From Macrostomum lignano (lineage: Eukaryota), in contig NIVC01002632.1 in assembly GCA_002269645.1 (NCBI GenBank), positions 1 through 64,000 on the forward strand: 64,000 bases of DNA, read 5' to 3'. The translations under genes were made by a program, and so were the position numbers. Positions 11,473-26,826 of the stretch are shown here, piece after piece; within the stretch, counting starts at the first letter, position 1; the number at the start of each line of letters is the position of its first letter. The notes beneath the pieces are model-generated. The model was not told the DNA's origin. It saw only the letters and a list, made by a program, of their open reading frames with translations, and made no database searches.

Positions 11473-12562
11473 ATGGAGCAAGCTTTAGTGCGAAGCGATT
11501 TATCTTCTATCAAAATTCGAAACAAGCCGATACCGAACCATTTAATGTGCAGCGGCTGCTCAGAGCTGCTCATAAATTCCTACCAGACTCCGCACGGATG
11601 CCGCCTGTGCCAGCGGTGCTTCAGCACCGAGCTGCTGCAATCCAGCGATCGAGTCTGTCCCTGCATTCATTCGCTGGACAGCTGCAGAGACCGTGCGAGA
11701 CTTGTTGAGCACTTTGTGAGTCAGGCTGTCTGCTTCCCCGACACTGCAACACGTAAGGACGTGCTCGAACTTGAAGTCCGATGCCCGAACGAAGAGTCCG
11801 GCTGTGAGAAGCAGCTCACCTTGAAGCAGCTGGACTCTCATCTGACCAACGAGTGCCAGTTCGAGATCGTCACGTGCGACCGCTGCTCGGAGCGAGTCCG
11901 TCAGTTCGAGCTGAACGGCTGCCACACGGATCTGCGGTCTCCTCACTGCTGCTCCGAGTTCCGAGCTCCGTGTCCTCACTGCAGCGACTCGAGCAGCAGG
12001 CTGTACCGCTCGGAGTTCGAGGAGCACCTGATGACCTGTCCGGAGAGACCGAGCGACTGCAAGTACCGACAGAGCATCGGGTGTCAGACGAACGTGGCAA
12101 TGTCGCAGCTCGATGAGCACTACTGCTCGGGTACCGATGGCCACCTGGAGCTCACGGTGCAGCGCTTCCAACAGGAGCTGCAGCGAAAGGACTCCGAACT
12201 AAAAGAAATCAATAATTTGTTGATGAAGCTCAAGACCAGAGATAAACAGAGGGCCATTGAAGTCGGACAACTGAAGGAAAAAGTCCTGAAGCTAACCGAA
12301 CGTTTATCCACCTTTGAAAAGTCTCCTCTACTAAAAACACTGCTCAATCAAGGGGTAAATAAGGCTTTAAATTGTAATGTTTCTCAGCATTAAAACCCAT
12401 CGATGTGCCGAATTCACTGCCCCTGTTTATCCGCAATTTCAGAGACGACTGAGCAACGGCGATTTAACAGAGCAGCCCGTTGAAGAAGACAATCAGAGCC
12501 AGCAGGATGCCGCCGTCAAGGAATTGAACAGGATGGGTCGAAGGAGATCTGTTGTTTTTTGA
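11473..12562 (+). CDS. TRAF-like protein 2 (paralog of 4959-6021; no MATH domain); exons 11473-12354 and 12443-12562
   Basis: Same RING/zf-TRAF motifs; same phase-0 intron GGG|GTAAAT...TTTCAG|AGA; exon 2 RRLSNGDLTEQP..RRRSVVF-stop. Confidence 0.8.
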
Positions 12563-13144
12563 ATTTGAAAAACGAATCATAAATCTATATACAACCGTGT
12601 TAGTGTACTACTGGTACGGTTTTGTGCCAACTTAACGCAGAAAATAACATATTTTTCTAACCTACTCGTAGAGTGCTGTGAGATAGCTCGTACTTCTAAT
12701 TCCATTACTAAAATATTTAAAACGAGGACCGAAGAAATCCAACTCCCTAATGATAAACAATTTGATTGATATTTGCTAAGAGATTTTCTGCTGTTTCATA
12801 GCAAAAGTATCCCAATTATCTTACTAGCCTTACTTTTAGTAGCCACGAGCAACAAAGCAATGTATGGTTTTTTATCAAATTGACAGATATAAAGTGGGCA
12901 AAAAGGGCTTTTATATTATCCAATTGACTGCCACTCGTTCGTTCAATTTTTTGCGCATCGATGCGCCACGTGAAGCACTTGTGGGTGTTTCCTGGGACAC
13001 GAATAATCTGAAAACATTTTTTTCAGTTTTGTTCAGGAAAATCCATTAACTCCGCGATATCGGGGCATCACACGAGACTTCACTATTCCCACGTAGCGAT
13101 TTTTATAGCAGTTGAACTCGAGTATCACTAATGACAAGCACACG

Positions 13145-13919
13145 TCATTCAAACGGCGAGACGCACTCGCACAGGGCATTCGTTGGGAAAGACAGCGTTT
13201 CTGGTGCGTCTACCAGCCAGCTGTGCCCGAGTAGCGGAGAATGTACTTCTCGGCATTTCCACCGTCATTTGGTTCAGCTGCAGCCCACAGGCTGGGATCG
13301 AACTCCAGACCACAGTCCAGCCACCGCCACCCTCCGCCTGGCTCGGGACTTCCCTCTTCCTGGTGGCCGCCGAGCCAGATGTTCAGGCCGCTGAACTGGG
13401 AGCTGATGAAGCGCAGCTCCTCAGCGTCCAGCACGTCGGCCATGATGACGAGGCCGGTCTGGTTGGCGCAGACCTGCCGGCCCCTCTGCCAGCCGGCCGT
13501 GCCGTTCACCAGCCGGTAGCGAACCCCGCACCGCTGGGAATCGAACTCAGGCGGGCAGAGTTTTCCAGGCGGCAGGCCCGGCCGCTGCTTCACGAAGACC
13601 GACCGAAGGCCGAGCAGCTGGCGCTGCAGTCCCGCACGCCTTTGCTGCACCTGTCGAACACGAACAGCTGGCAGGGGCCGCGGGCCAAGCTGAAGGCCTG
13701 GCAGCGGGGCCTGCTGGCGCAGAGCAGCGAGCACAGGACCTCCGATGCTGCCGCGCTGCTGCCCAGGGGCGTCTCCGTGAACTCGCTGCCGATGCACAGG
13801 CTGGCGTTCACGGCTGTGAATGCCTGCTGCGATGAGCACCGGCTGCTGCCAGCTGTCACCGAGATCAGTAGGCACTGCAGCTCGAGCAGGATTGCCGGGA
13901 ATTTGTTGAGGATCTTCAT
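13145..13919 (-). pseudogene. Signal peptide + PAN-like + C-type lectin gene, copy 2, with two apparent 1-bp frameshifts
   Basis: Near-identical to 6582-7355. N-terminal PAN part is in frame; frameshifts at AFG/LVFVK and before WLVD. Confidence 0.65.
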
Positions 13920-15867
13920 TTCGAGACTTTAAAATTTTGCTAATCTTGCATTTGAAATCGTAGCACAAAACTCAATAACGAATTTCTAATATTTGGGAGC
14001 AGATCATCGCTTTTTATGCACTCACCAATCCCAGAGTTTGTTATAATTGATCTAGCAAAGCTCGTCCAATGAGATTGAGGCTGCATTTTTACATGTAGAG
14101 AACATGGGGGTGTAGACCAGTGGTCTGGCGAGGCGCTCTGATGTGCCAGCGGTCCAGGCTCGATTCCAAGTAGAGACACATTAATTTTGAGGCTAAATTG
14201 GAATCTCGGCTTGGCTCTGCTCGTGCAATTACGCTCGTAATTCCCAGCTTAAGGGCCAACCCCCAAGGCACAGTGAAGTGTACATGCCTAACGATAAATA
14301 AAGTTAGGGCCGCTGTACACTCCTGTGTGAGTGTGCCTGTGCGTATGACTGCGTACGTATTCGCGCCCTTGTGTGCTGCACACAAGCTGACACCAAGCTG
14401 TTGTAGGCGTCAAGTCCCAAAACGGCGTTATCAATGATCGAGAGGTTCCCGGCTTTCTTCATTTCCAGGGGACTCCCCCCATAGCTTTTCACTTGGCACA
14501 GGGCAAGTTGCCCCTTTACTTCACTCTGCAACACGTGTAAAGCAGTTAAACACCAATTGTTTCACAGACAGAACGCCTTTTTCTCTGCAACAAAACGAGT
14601 TTTTCTTTGCAATTACTGTTCTATCGACAAACACTCCTTTTAGAAGAATGATTAGGATTAGACTACAGATTCAGAACTGATTAACCGAAAAGGTTAAAAC
14701 CCGTGAAAGAATTTTCTCCTTGGGCGCCTTTTATTAATACTAATTTAAGTTGGCTCCCTATTAGATCGCGCCTATAGTTCAATAAAGTCTAGCATAGTTA
14801 ACAAAAATCAATCGCATTAAAACAAATCATACAGTATAACAAATTTATTTTAAACACTAAATTGTAGAATATTACTATTATTAAAAAATTGTTACAATAC
14901 TATTGAAATGACTACCACACAAACTGGCTCGTACTGCAAACGATAAAAAAGATATACACTGAAACAGTAAAAAATAATGATGTTATCCCTACACCTCGGG
15001 CCTATATAATACGGTAGGGTGTACAGGGTACGGGTGCACCTTGCTTGTCGGTTGTCAGGATGTTCCTATGCGGATCATACCTGCATCAGGACGCCAGGTA
15101 GCCTAAACTACAGTAAGTAGGCGTCAGGACACACGGAGCCTTAGTTGCCCCCTTTTGTAACCAAAAGAAGGAAGACAGAGGAACGCATCCAACTTTCTTA
15201 GATTTTTTCAACACGTCTCTTTGGATTGGATCTTTTCCATAGGAAAACGTCCTTACGGCGAGAGAAAACCAATCACAGGACAGCACCGAAAGCCAAACTA
15301 GGTATAGAGAGGCGAGTGACGACGCCCAGACTACCTAAATGGCTGGCGCACGCGGGGGGGAGAGACTGCAAACCCCCGAGCCCTCCAACCCCCACAACCC
15401 CTCCCGACAGGCCCTACCCCACGCCAGCCAATCACACCGCGGCGGGGGGTGAGGAAAAACTGAGCCAGCTGCCCGGCCCAGCCAATCCACACCAGGCCTT
15501 CACATAACAACTTAAGCAGATATCACTGACAGAATGCTACCAAATTAACATGCAACCAAATAAACATGCAAGTACCAAACTTATGGTGCAGAGCAGCTCA
15601 GCGATCATCCCAACCTACTGACGTACGACGCAGAGTCGGCTAGGAAGACTGCTCGAGTGATTCTCTAATGCCTCTGGCACGCGTGCCAGTTGAGGTGCGA
15701 CGGGCGTACGACGCGTCCAACCAGTCAAACCTTCCAAAAACGGACGACAACAACTGGGACTTACACTCGTACGTAGCCCCAAAAAAACGGCTGAGCCAAT
15801 CAACTAGAGCGACAACAACAACAAAAAATACGTCAGCCAGCAAACGTGGGACAATGTCACAGGGCGC

Positions 15868-16640
15868 GTTTCAGGGCCTGGGCGCGAACGTAGGCCGCAC
15901 CGCCGGCATCAGCCAGCAGGCAGTCGACGAAACGCCGAGTGCGGGCCTGCCCCCGCCGGTAGGGTTCCTGCAGCGTGAGCAAAAGCACTTTCTGCACCGG
16001 CTGTGGGCAGTACGACTCGTCTCAGATGATATGGCCTTGCCAGCTGGAGTCGCCGATGGCGCAACATTTCGCTGGGACGGGACAGGCCGGTGTGGCGATA
16101 GAGTGCCGCATTGGTGACTCGCTCGTAGCCGATCTTGAAGGCGGCGCACAGCAGGCCAGCGTGCGCCGCATCGACCTGCTGTTCGAGTGAATCAGTCAGG
16201 GTCCAGGTCTCGGCGTTGTACAACAGTACGGTTTCGATCACCGCCTGGAACAACGCCGCCCTCTGGCGGTCAGGCAGGGCCTCGGACTGCTGGACAGCCC
16301 TCACGGAACGGAAGGCAGCACAGGCAAATCCATAGCAAAGTCGCAGGTCCTCACGAACGTCAGGCACCAGACCGCCGAGATAGACGAACTGCTGACATCG
16401 CGGAAGCCTCGTCACCTGCGCGTCTGCGCCTCGGCAGAAAATTTCAGCCTCATGTCGTCCGGTACGCAGAGCACAACGGTCTTCTGCGTGTTGACCACCA
16501 GGCCGACGCTCGCCGCAACGCTTACCAGCCGGTCCAGCTGGCGCTGGGCGCCCTCGACGGTGGAGGAAAGGAGGGCGAGATCGTCGGCGTAGCCAAGCAC
16601 GCTGAGCCGCGCAAGCGACAGTAACGGCGCAAGCGATCTC
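15868..16640 (-). mobile_element. 5'-truncated RTE-type LINE fragment, copy 2
   Basis: SVLGYADDLALL, FVYLGG, LLYNAETWTLT and RRLQLA motifs; frameshifts present. Confidence 0.8.
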
Positions 16641-17077
16641 CCTTTAGAGTGAGATAAACGAATGAGAAAGGTCAATCGCGACTCAACCTAGCCTAGGGTT
16701 TGGGGTGGGATCGACATTGCAGTACAATTAAGCAGGGGTGGCTAGGCGGAGACCTAAACTAGGTGGCGCATTCACCACACTTACCGGAGGTTGTCGTGCG
16801 ATTCACAACCATTAGGGCCAACTCCAAGGCGCAGAGAGTGTACATGCCTGACCGATAAACAGTTAGGGCCTCTGTACACCCTGAGGCGCTGACAGACTAG
16901 CTCGAACAAGACGTTGACGGCCGTCGCACGCTGGCCAGATCGACAACGTAAACGTCGGCGACGAGTGAGTCACCAACGCGTCACTGTATCCCTGCGCCGG
17001 TGTGTCCCGTCCACATCATCCGCGCCGAGTCACACAGATTATTATGTACAAAACTTAAATCTCGTTTTTTTTTTTTT

Positions 17078-18242
17078 TTAGTTTCCGCCAGGCACAGCCA
17101 ATTCCGCGTTGGTCTCTTCCGTCAAACTCTCCGACGCGGTTCTCTTGCGGCTGGGCAGCCAATTGGTCGAAAATGGGCTCGATTGCACCCGTCGATGACA
17201 ACCTTTCGACGGTAAAGCTGCAACCGATGCTGGAGTCGAAGATTCGCGTCCGAGTTCCGAGACGTTGTTGGCAGAGACGCGATTGGTAATTGTCTCCAGA
17301 GACCTTCGCAACTCAGGCTTGGTTGCTGAGACCGAAGCTTCGGATTTGGCCTGCAATAAAGGAGCGCTGCTACATGCATATCAACTCAAAGTGGCTAATT
17401 CAGTTTTAGATCTTAATCACAATGACAGTGTTTACTATACGAACCTGTTTGGCTTCGATGAGCTTGATCCTAGCTTTTAGATCACCATTTTCCTTCTCCA
17501 AGCGTGTTATTTTTGCAGCATCACTGCACTTGGACGCCTGCAATTCTTTGACTATGTTGCTCATCATAAGCAAGTGCTCATTAGTGTTTTGGCTGTAATG
17601 CTCAGTCAGCTGCCTCTGCTTTGACCTCGCTCGACAGCCAAACTCGGCGAACGGACATTTCACAGGAATCTCAGAGCAAGTCTTTGCATGCTCAATAAAG
17701 TCCACACGGTTTAGCATGTCACTGCCGTAGCCGAAGAAGCCGCAGTAGCCGCAGTGGCAGCGGAAGTGTACACAGCAGTCGGCAGACTCCAGATTGCAGT
17801 GAACAAGGTGCAGCTTGTACACAATGATTTCCCTGAGACAAAATTGGCACGCGACGGTCTCGTACTCGCATTTCTGCTTCAAGTGCTCCTCTAGCATCTT
17901 CCACTGCATCTGCTCAGAGCATCCGAGGTCAGCATTCGGACAGAAGACCCACAACTCGGACAGCTCCCGTCGGGTGGCCAAGTCCGGCAGGCATCGGTCA
18001 CGGCAAACCCAACGCTGTCGTTCGCCATCGACATTGCTGTCGTTGTCCTGGTCTGTTGTTCCCGGACAGGGCCCGCAGTGTGTCGGATGCAAGCTGTTTA
18101 CGCACACCTGGCACAGTCTGAATCCTTGCGGCGTCTGGAAGCAGTTGACCAACAGTCCTTTGCAGGCTTTGCAGACAAAATAATTGGGGACTGCTGATTG
18201 AGACACAGGCTTGGCACGCAGGGCTCTTTCTGATAGCTCCAT
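17078..18242 (-). CDS. TRAF-like protein 3 (degenerate RING, zf-TRAF, coiled coil, Ser/Thr-rich tail, no MATH); exons 18242-17445 and 17350-17078
   Basis: PDLATRRELSELWVFCPNADLGC and CPFAEFGC..EH TRAF motifs; phase-0 intron CAG|GTTCGT...TTGCAG|GCC (94 bp). Confidence 0.8.
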
Positions 18243-19765
18243 TGATCTGGATTTAGCTGTACGAGTATAAAGAATTGTAAGAAAAACGTAGGCGCTTTAT
18301 TTCATTTAAAAAATATTGGCGCTTTGGTCATAGTACACGGATGAAGGAATGTGAGTTTAGTTTAACAAATTCTGAAGGTATTTCCAAGGCAATTCCGTGG
18401 GTTAGCAGAATACACTGGCCAGTGTACAATAGCATAGTGTACGCACAGTAGTAGAGGTTAAACTACCCCCTGCCCAGAAGTACGTATTCGAAGCATGGAA
18501 TACGGTGCGAGAACATTCAACTTGTCGCTTTACCCTCGATTAATAGTAAGCTAAGCTGCATGACCGACTTTGCGGGCGAAATCTAGAGTAAACAGTACGC
18601 GCACCTATCTGGCTTGTCAGGACTAATGCAAAATAAACGGCAAATCCGCGGAAAAGCCGCGGAAATTTCGCGGTAGAAAAACCTTTCGGTTGAAGGCTAT
18701 GAGTGGAAGCATAGCATAGTTTTAGGTCTTTCCTAATAATACTTAGGAAAATTAGGCTTCGTAAAATTTCTAGTCAGCACGATATGATAAAAGAGATGCA
18801 AATTTAGTCTGAAGATGGGAGAGAGCGGCAGTTTCGCTGTCGGATCGTAAAAATAGACCGACTTGCAATTGAGTGTAGAATTTTCTAAAATAATAGTTTA
18901 TTTTGTCATGAAAAGATCGGTATAAAGTGGCTCTAAAATTAGTTAGAAAAGCGCGAATCATAACTTAGGCATCTAGTAATCAAATATGTAGAACTTTTGC
19001 TAAGTAAAATCTGGAAATAGGATATCTTACGATAACAAGAGGAAACATGATTCGATTGTTGAAAAAACATTCGGACGGAGTGCACTCGTCCTTTGTCCCT
19101 TAAATATAAAATCTTGGTTGCTAGAATAACACTAGAGATAGAAGACAAACTTTGATGCGCTAGAAAACGATGAAAATGGAAAAAATCTTTGTGCTCTGGG
19201 TCGATATATTTACGAGTTCTGACTGTAAGTGTACAATACTCGTTCATGAACAATTAAATGAAAAAATCTATAATCCACACAAACGAAAGATAAACACTCG
19301 TACAAAAGTTGGGCGGTCGAAATTTGGCAATGTACGTACATATTCGAACAAATATGCTATATGTTAAACTGATCGTATAACTATTGCAGACCCCAGATGT
19401 AAAAGAACAAAAAACAGTGGCAGCTCCAAAACAAGGCTTGATTTTAATATTCAAAAAAATTCTTATTTGCTGAAAAGCGCGTCGGGTGTCATGAAACTCA
19501 TTAAAAAGTTCTTAACAAAGAAATATGCTAGCAGAACTTCACTTTGTAACGTTTTTACTTCCACCAGCAAACTTCGACAAGAAAGCTTCAGAGTAAATTT
19601 CACAGTCACTTAAAAGTCAGTCGATTTAAGCTGGCAATATAAACGGACAAGACCAGTCGATATTTCAATGCGAGACGGCCGTTAAAATGTTTTGCATAGG
19701 CGTGATCGACTGATCCGTTTTGATGACCAACTTTGTTATATTTTCCTCAGTGATGTATGCCTGAT

Positions 19766-20830
19766 TTATTTCATTACTGCTCTGTACGTTACTGTGGCTG
19801 TGGCATACGTTACTGTGGCATAGTGAGAAGCTTTGGCAGACTCCAGGCTTTGGGACGTACCGGTAGGTGAAAAGAAGGACTGTCTCAAGCGCTTGATTTT
19901 AGGGATCAAATAAAGAGCGGTTGAAGAAGGACGAGCTACAGGCTCTAGATTAGCACCGGAAGTACTGCTAAATGGCCAAATTGAACATACGGCAATGCTG
20001 CATCCCAGAAAGAGTATGGCCAATGCGACCAATAGAAACAGTGCTAGATACCATATGGTAGTTTTCTGGGCTTGGCTTTTACATTTAAGCTTCTGATTCT
20101 CCTTCTCCAAGCGATCCATTCTCCAGCGCTGGGCGCTGATGCAACAGCCAATCATAAGCAAGTGTTCGTTGTTACATTGGCTGAAATGCTCAGTCAGCTG
20201 CCTCTGCTTTGGCTTCACTTGACAGCCAAACTCGGCGAACGGACATTTCACAGGGATCTCAGAGCAAGTCTTTGCATGCTTAATAAAGTCCACACGGTTT
20301 AGCATGTCACTGCCGTAGCCGAAGAAGCCGCAGTAGCCGCAGTGGCAGCGAAAGTGCACACAGCAGTCGGCAGACTCCAGATTGCAGTGAACAAGGTGCA
20401 GCTTGTACACAATGATTTCCCTGAGACAAAATTGGCACGTGACGGTCTCGTACTCGCATTTCTGCTTCAAGTGCTCCTCTAGCATCTTCCACTGCATCTG
20501 CTCAGAGCATCCGAGGTCAGCATTCGGACAGAAGACCCACAACTCGGACAGCTCCCGTCGGGTGGCCAAGTCCGGCAAGCATCGGTCACGACAAACCCAA
20601 CGCTGACGTTCGCCATCGACATTACTGTCGTTGTCCTGGTCTGTTGTTCCCGGACAGGGCCCGCAGTGTGTCGGATGCAAGCTGTTTACGCACACCTGGC
20701 ACAGTCTGAATCCTTGCGGCGTCTGGAAGCAGTTGACCAACAGTCCTTTGCAGGCTTTGCAGACAAAATAATTGGGGACTGCTGATGGAGACACAGGCTT
20801 GGCACACAGGGCTCTGTCTGATAGCTCCAT
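19766..20830 (-). CDS. TRAF-like protein 4 with predicted C-proximal transmembrane helix, no MATH domain
   Basis: N-terminal ~225 aa nearly identical to the 18242 gene, followed by IWYLALFLLVALAILFLGCSIAVCSIWPF in one uninterrupted 354-aa frame. Splicing of the extreme 3' end is uncertain. Confidence 0.75.
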   Translation of the reverse strand: MELSDRALCAKPVSPSAVPNYFVCKACKGLLVNCFQTPQGFRLCQVCVNSLHPTHCGPCPGTTDQDNDSNVDGERQRWVCRDRCLPDLATRRELSELWVFCPNADLGCSEQMQWKMLEEHLKQKCEYETVTCQFCLREIIVYKLHLVHCNLESADCCVHFRCHCGYCGFFGYGSDMLNRVDFIKHAKTCSEIPVKCPFAEFGCQVKPKQRQLTEHFSQCNNEHLLMIGCCISAQRWRMDRLEKENQKLKCKSQAQKTTIWYLALFLLVALAILFLGCSIAVCSIWPFSSTSGANLEPVARPSSTALYLIPKIKRLRQSFFSPTGTSQSLESAKASHYATVTYATATVTYRAVMK

Positions 20831-21237
20831 TGATCTGGAGTAGGTGGGAAGGTAAGCAGCTAAAGATTTAAGCTGGAATTATATTAACGGAAGCGTTAAA
20901 ATGTGTCTATCGAATCTATGCTTAGTCTATATGTTCCGATCAAAAACACTCAATCCCTGTGTGCAGAGGTACTCTTTACAACAGAACAACTTTATGAAAG
21001 TACGCATACTTTCAGCTTACAAAACTCACTTTTCCCAAGAATTAAAATAATTAAGTTTTCAAAGTTTGATAGCAAATAGCAAACATATCATTTTTGTATT
21101 TAATAAAATGCTGGACAATGCAGTGTCTATTTAATTTACTAATTAAACAAGTAGTTCAGTATACTCGTAGAGCATGTAATTTTGCCGCGTAAAGTAAATG
21201 CACAAATTTTGACAGCTACGGTTTCTTATCCTCAGCC

Positions 21238-25480
<4,243 letters not shown>

Positions 25481-26179
25481 TTTTCAAATTTATTTAGCGC
25501 TACATGCAGTAGAGTGATTCGGATTAAAATGCATTTCAACAGTATAACGTTATACTAATTTAAAACATTTTGGCAACCTTACGCTACTAAAAGTAGGGTA
25601 ATTTGGGTGTTGACATATAAATAAAATGTAACAGTAAAAAATCCTGTTAAATTTCAACATTTGGTAATTTAACGCTACTGAAAGTAGTGTATTGCGCTTA
25701 GCGCAAACCTGGCACCGTAAACAAACAATAACTACTATACTAACTTCTATACTATTATTTCTTTAAAGTTTAAATAAAATCAAGTCTTCAACACAATTCT
25801 CAACAGTCAAACGCAATTGCCCGCGCCAACTTTACTTGCATCAATATATAGATAAATGTATCAGATTTATATATCAATTATGGCACAAGAACAATGAAAA
25901 CAATTAAAATTTTACTAATGATTCTCAAAATGTCAATCTGCGAGACCAGACCTCAATAACACGAGAGATAAGAATCAGTTAGAATAAAATTCCTATGTAA
26001 TTTTTCATTTAAAATGTTACATTGAACGATTAGAGGAACATGGAATTAGATAAACTTATAACTACGAGCGACACATATAATAAGACCCTAGTAGAAGTAC
26101 ATATGAACTCGAGCCAACGCAATAGGATTAAGGATACTCAAGGTAAATCCAACACAGGCAGACATACTATCCCTCAGAC

Positions 26180-26766
26180 TGACCTTCAGGTGCGCTATTT
26201 GCTTAATCATCCTGACCTTCAGGTGCCGCTATTTGCCCTATCATCCTGACCTTCAGGTGCCGCTATTTGCCCTATCATCCTGACCTTCAGGTGCCGCTAT
26301 TTGCCCTATCATCCTGACCTTCAGGTGCCGCTATTTGCCCTATCATCCTGACCTTCAGGTGCCGCTATTTGCCCTATCATCCTGACCTTCAGGTGCCGCT
26401 ATTTGCCCTATCATCCTGACCTTCAGGTGCCGCTATTTGCCCTATCATCCTGACCTTCAGGTGCCGCTATTTGCCCTATCATCCTGACCTTCAGGTGCCG
26501 CTATTTGCCCTATCATCCTGACCTTCAGGTGCCGCTATTTGCCCTATCATCCTGACCTTCTGGTGCCGCTATTTGCCCTATCATCCTGACCTTCAGGTGC
26601 CGCTATTTGCCCTATCATCCTGACCTTCAGGTGCCGCTATTTGCCCTATCATCCTGACCTTCAGGTGCCGCTATTTGCCCTATCATCCTGACCTTCAGGT
26701 GCCGCTATTTGCCCTATCATCCTGACCTTCAGGTGCCGCTACTTGTCCTATCATCCTGACCTTCAG
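26180..26766. repeat. Homogeneous 34-bp minisatellite (CCTGACCTTCAGGTGCCGCTATTTGCCCTATCAT), about 17 units
   Basis: Nearly identical abutting units with no spacers. Confidence 0.95.
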
Positions 26767-26826
26767 ACACCTCTCCAATTGCTACATTCACCAGCTCACA
26801 GCTTCAGTAAACCGACACCGCCTTCA

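Larger units (their letters stand above)
10810..16950. repeat. Tandem segmental duplication, copy 2
   Basis: Same gene order and orientation as 3950-10385; lacks the SINE. Confidence 0.9.

Noticed and set aside
26180-26766. CRISPR-like array (34-bp repeats)
   Set aside because: Units abut with no unique spacers, no cas genes are present, and the context is eukaryotic.
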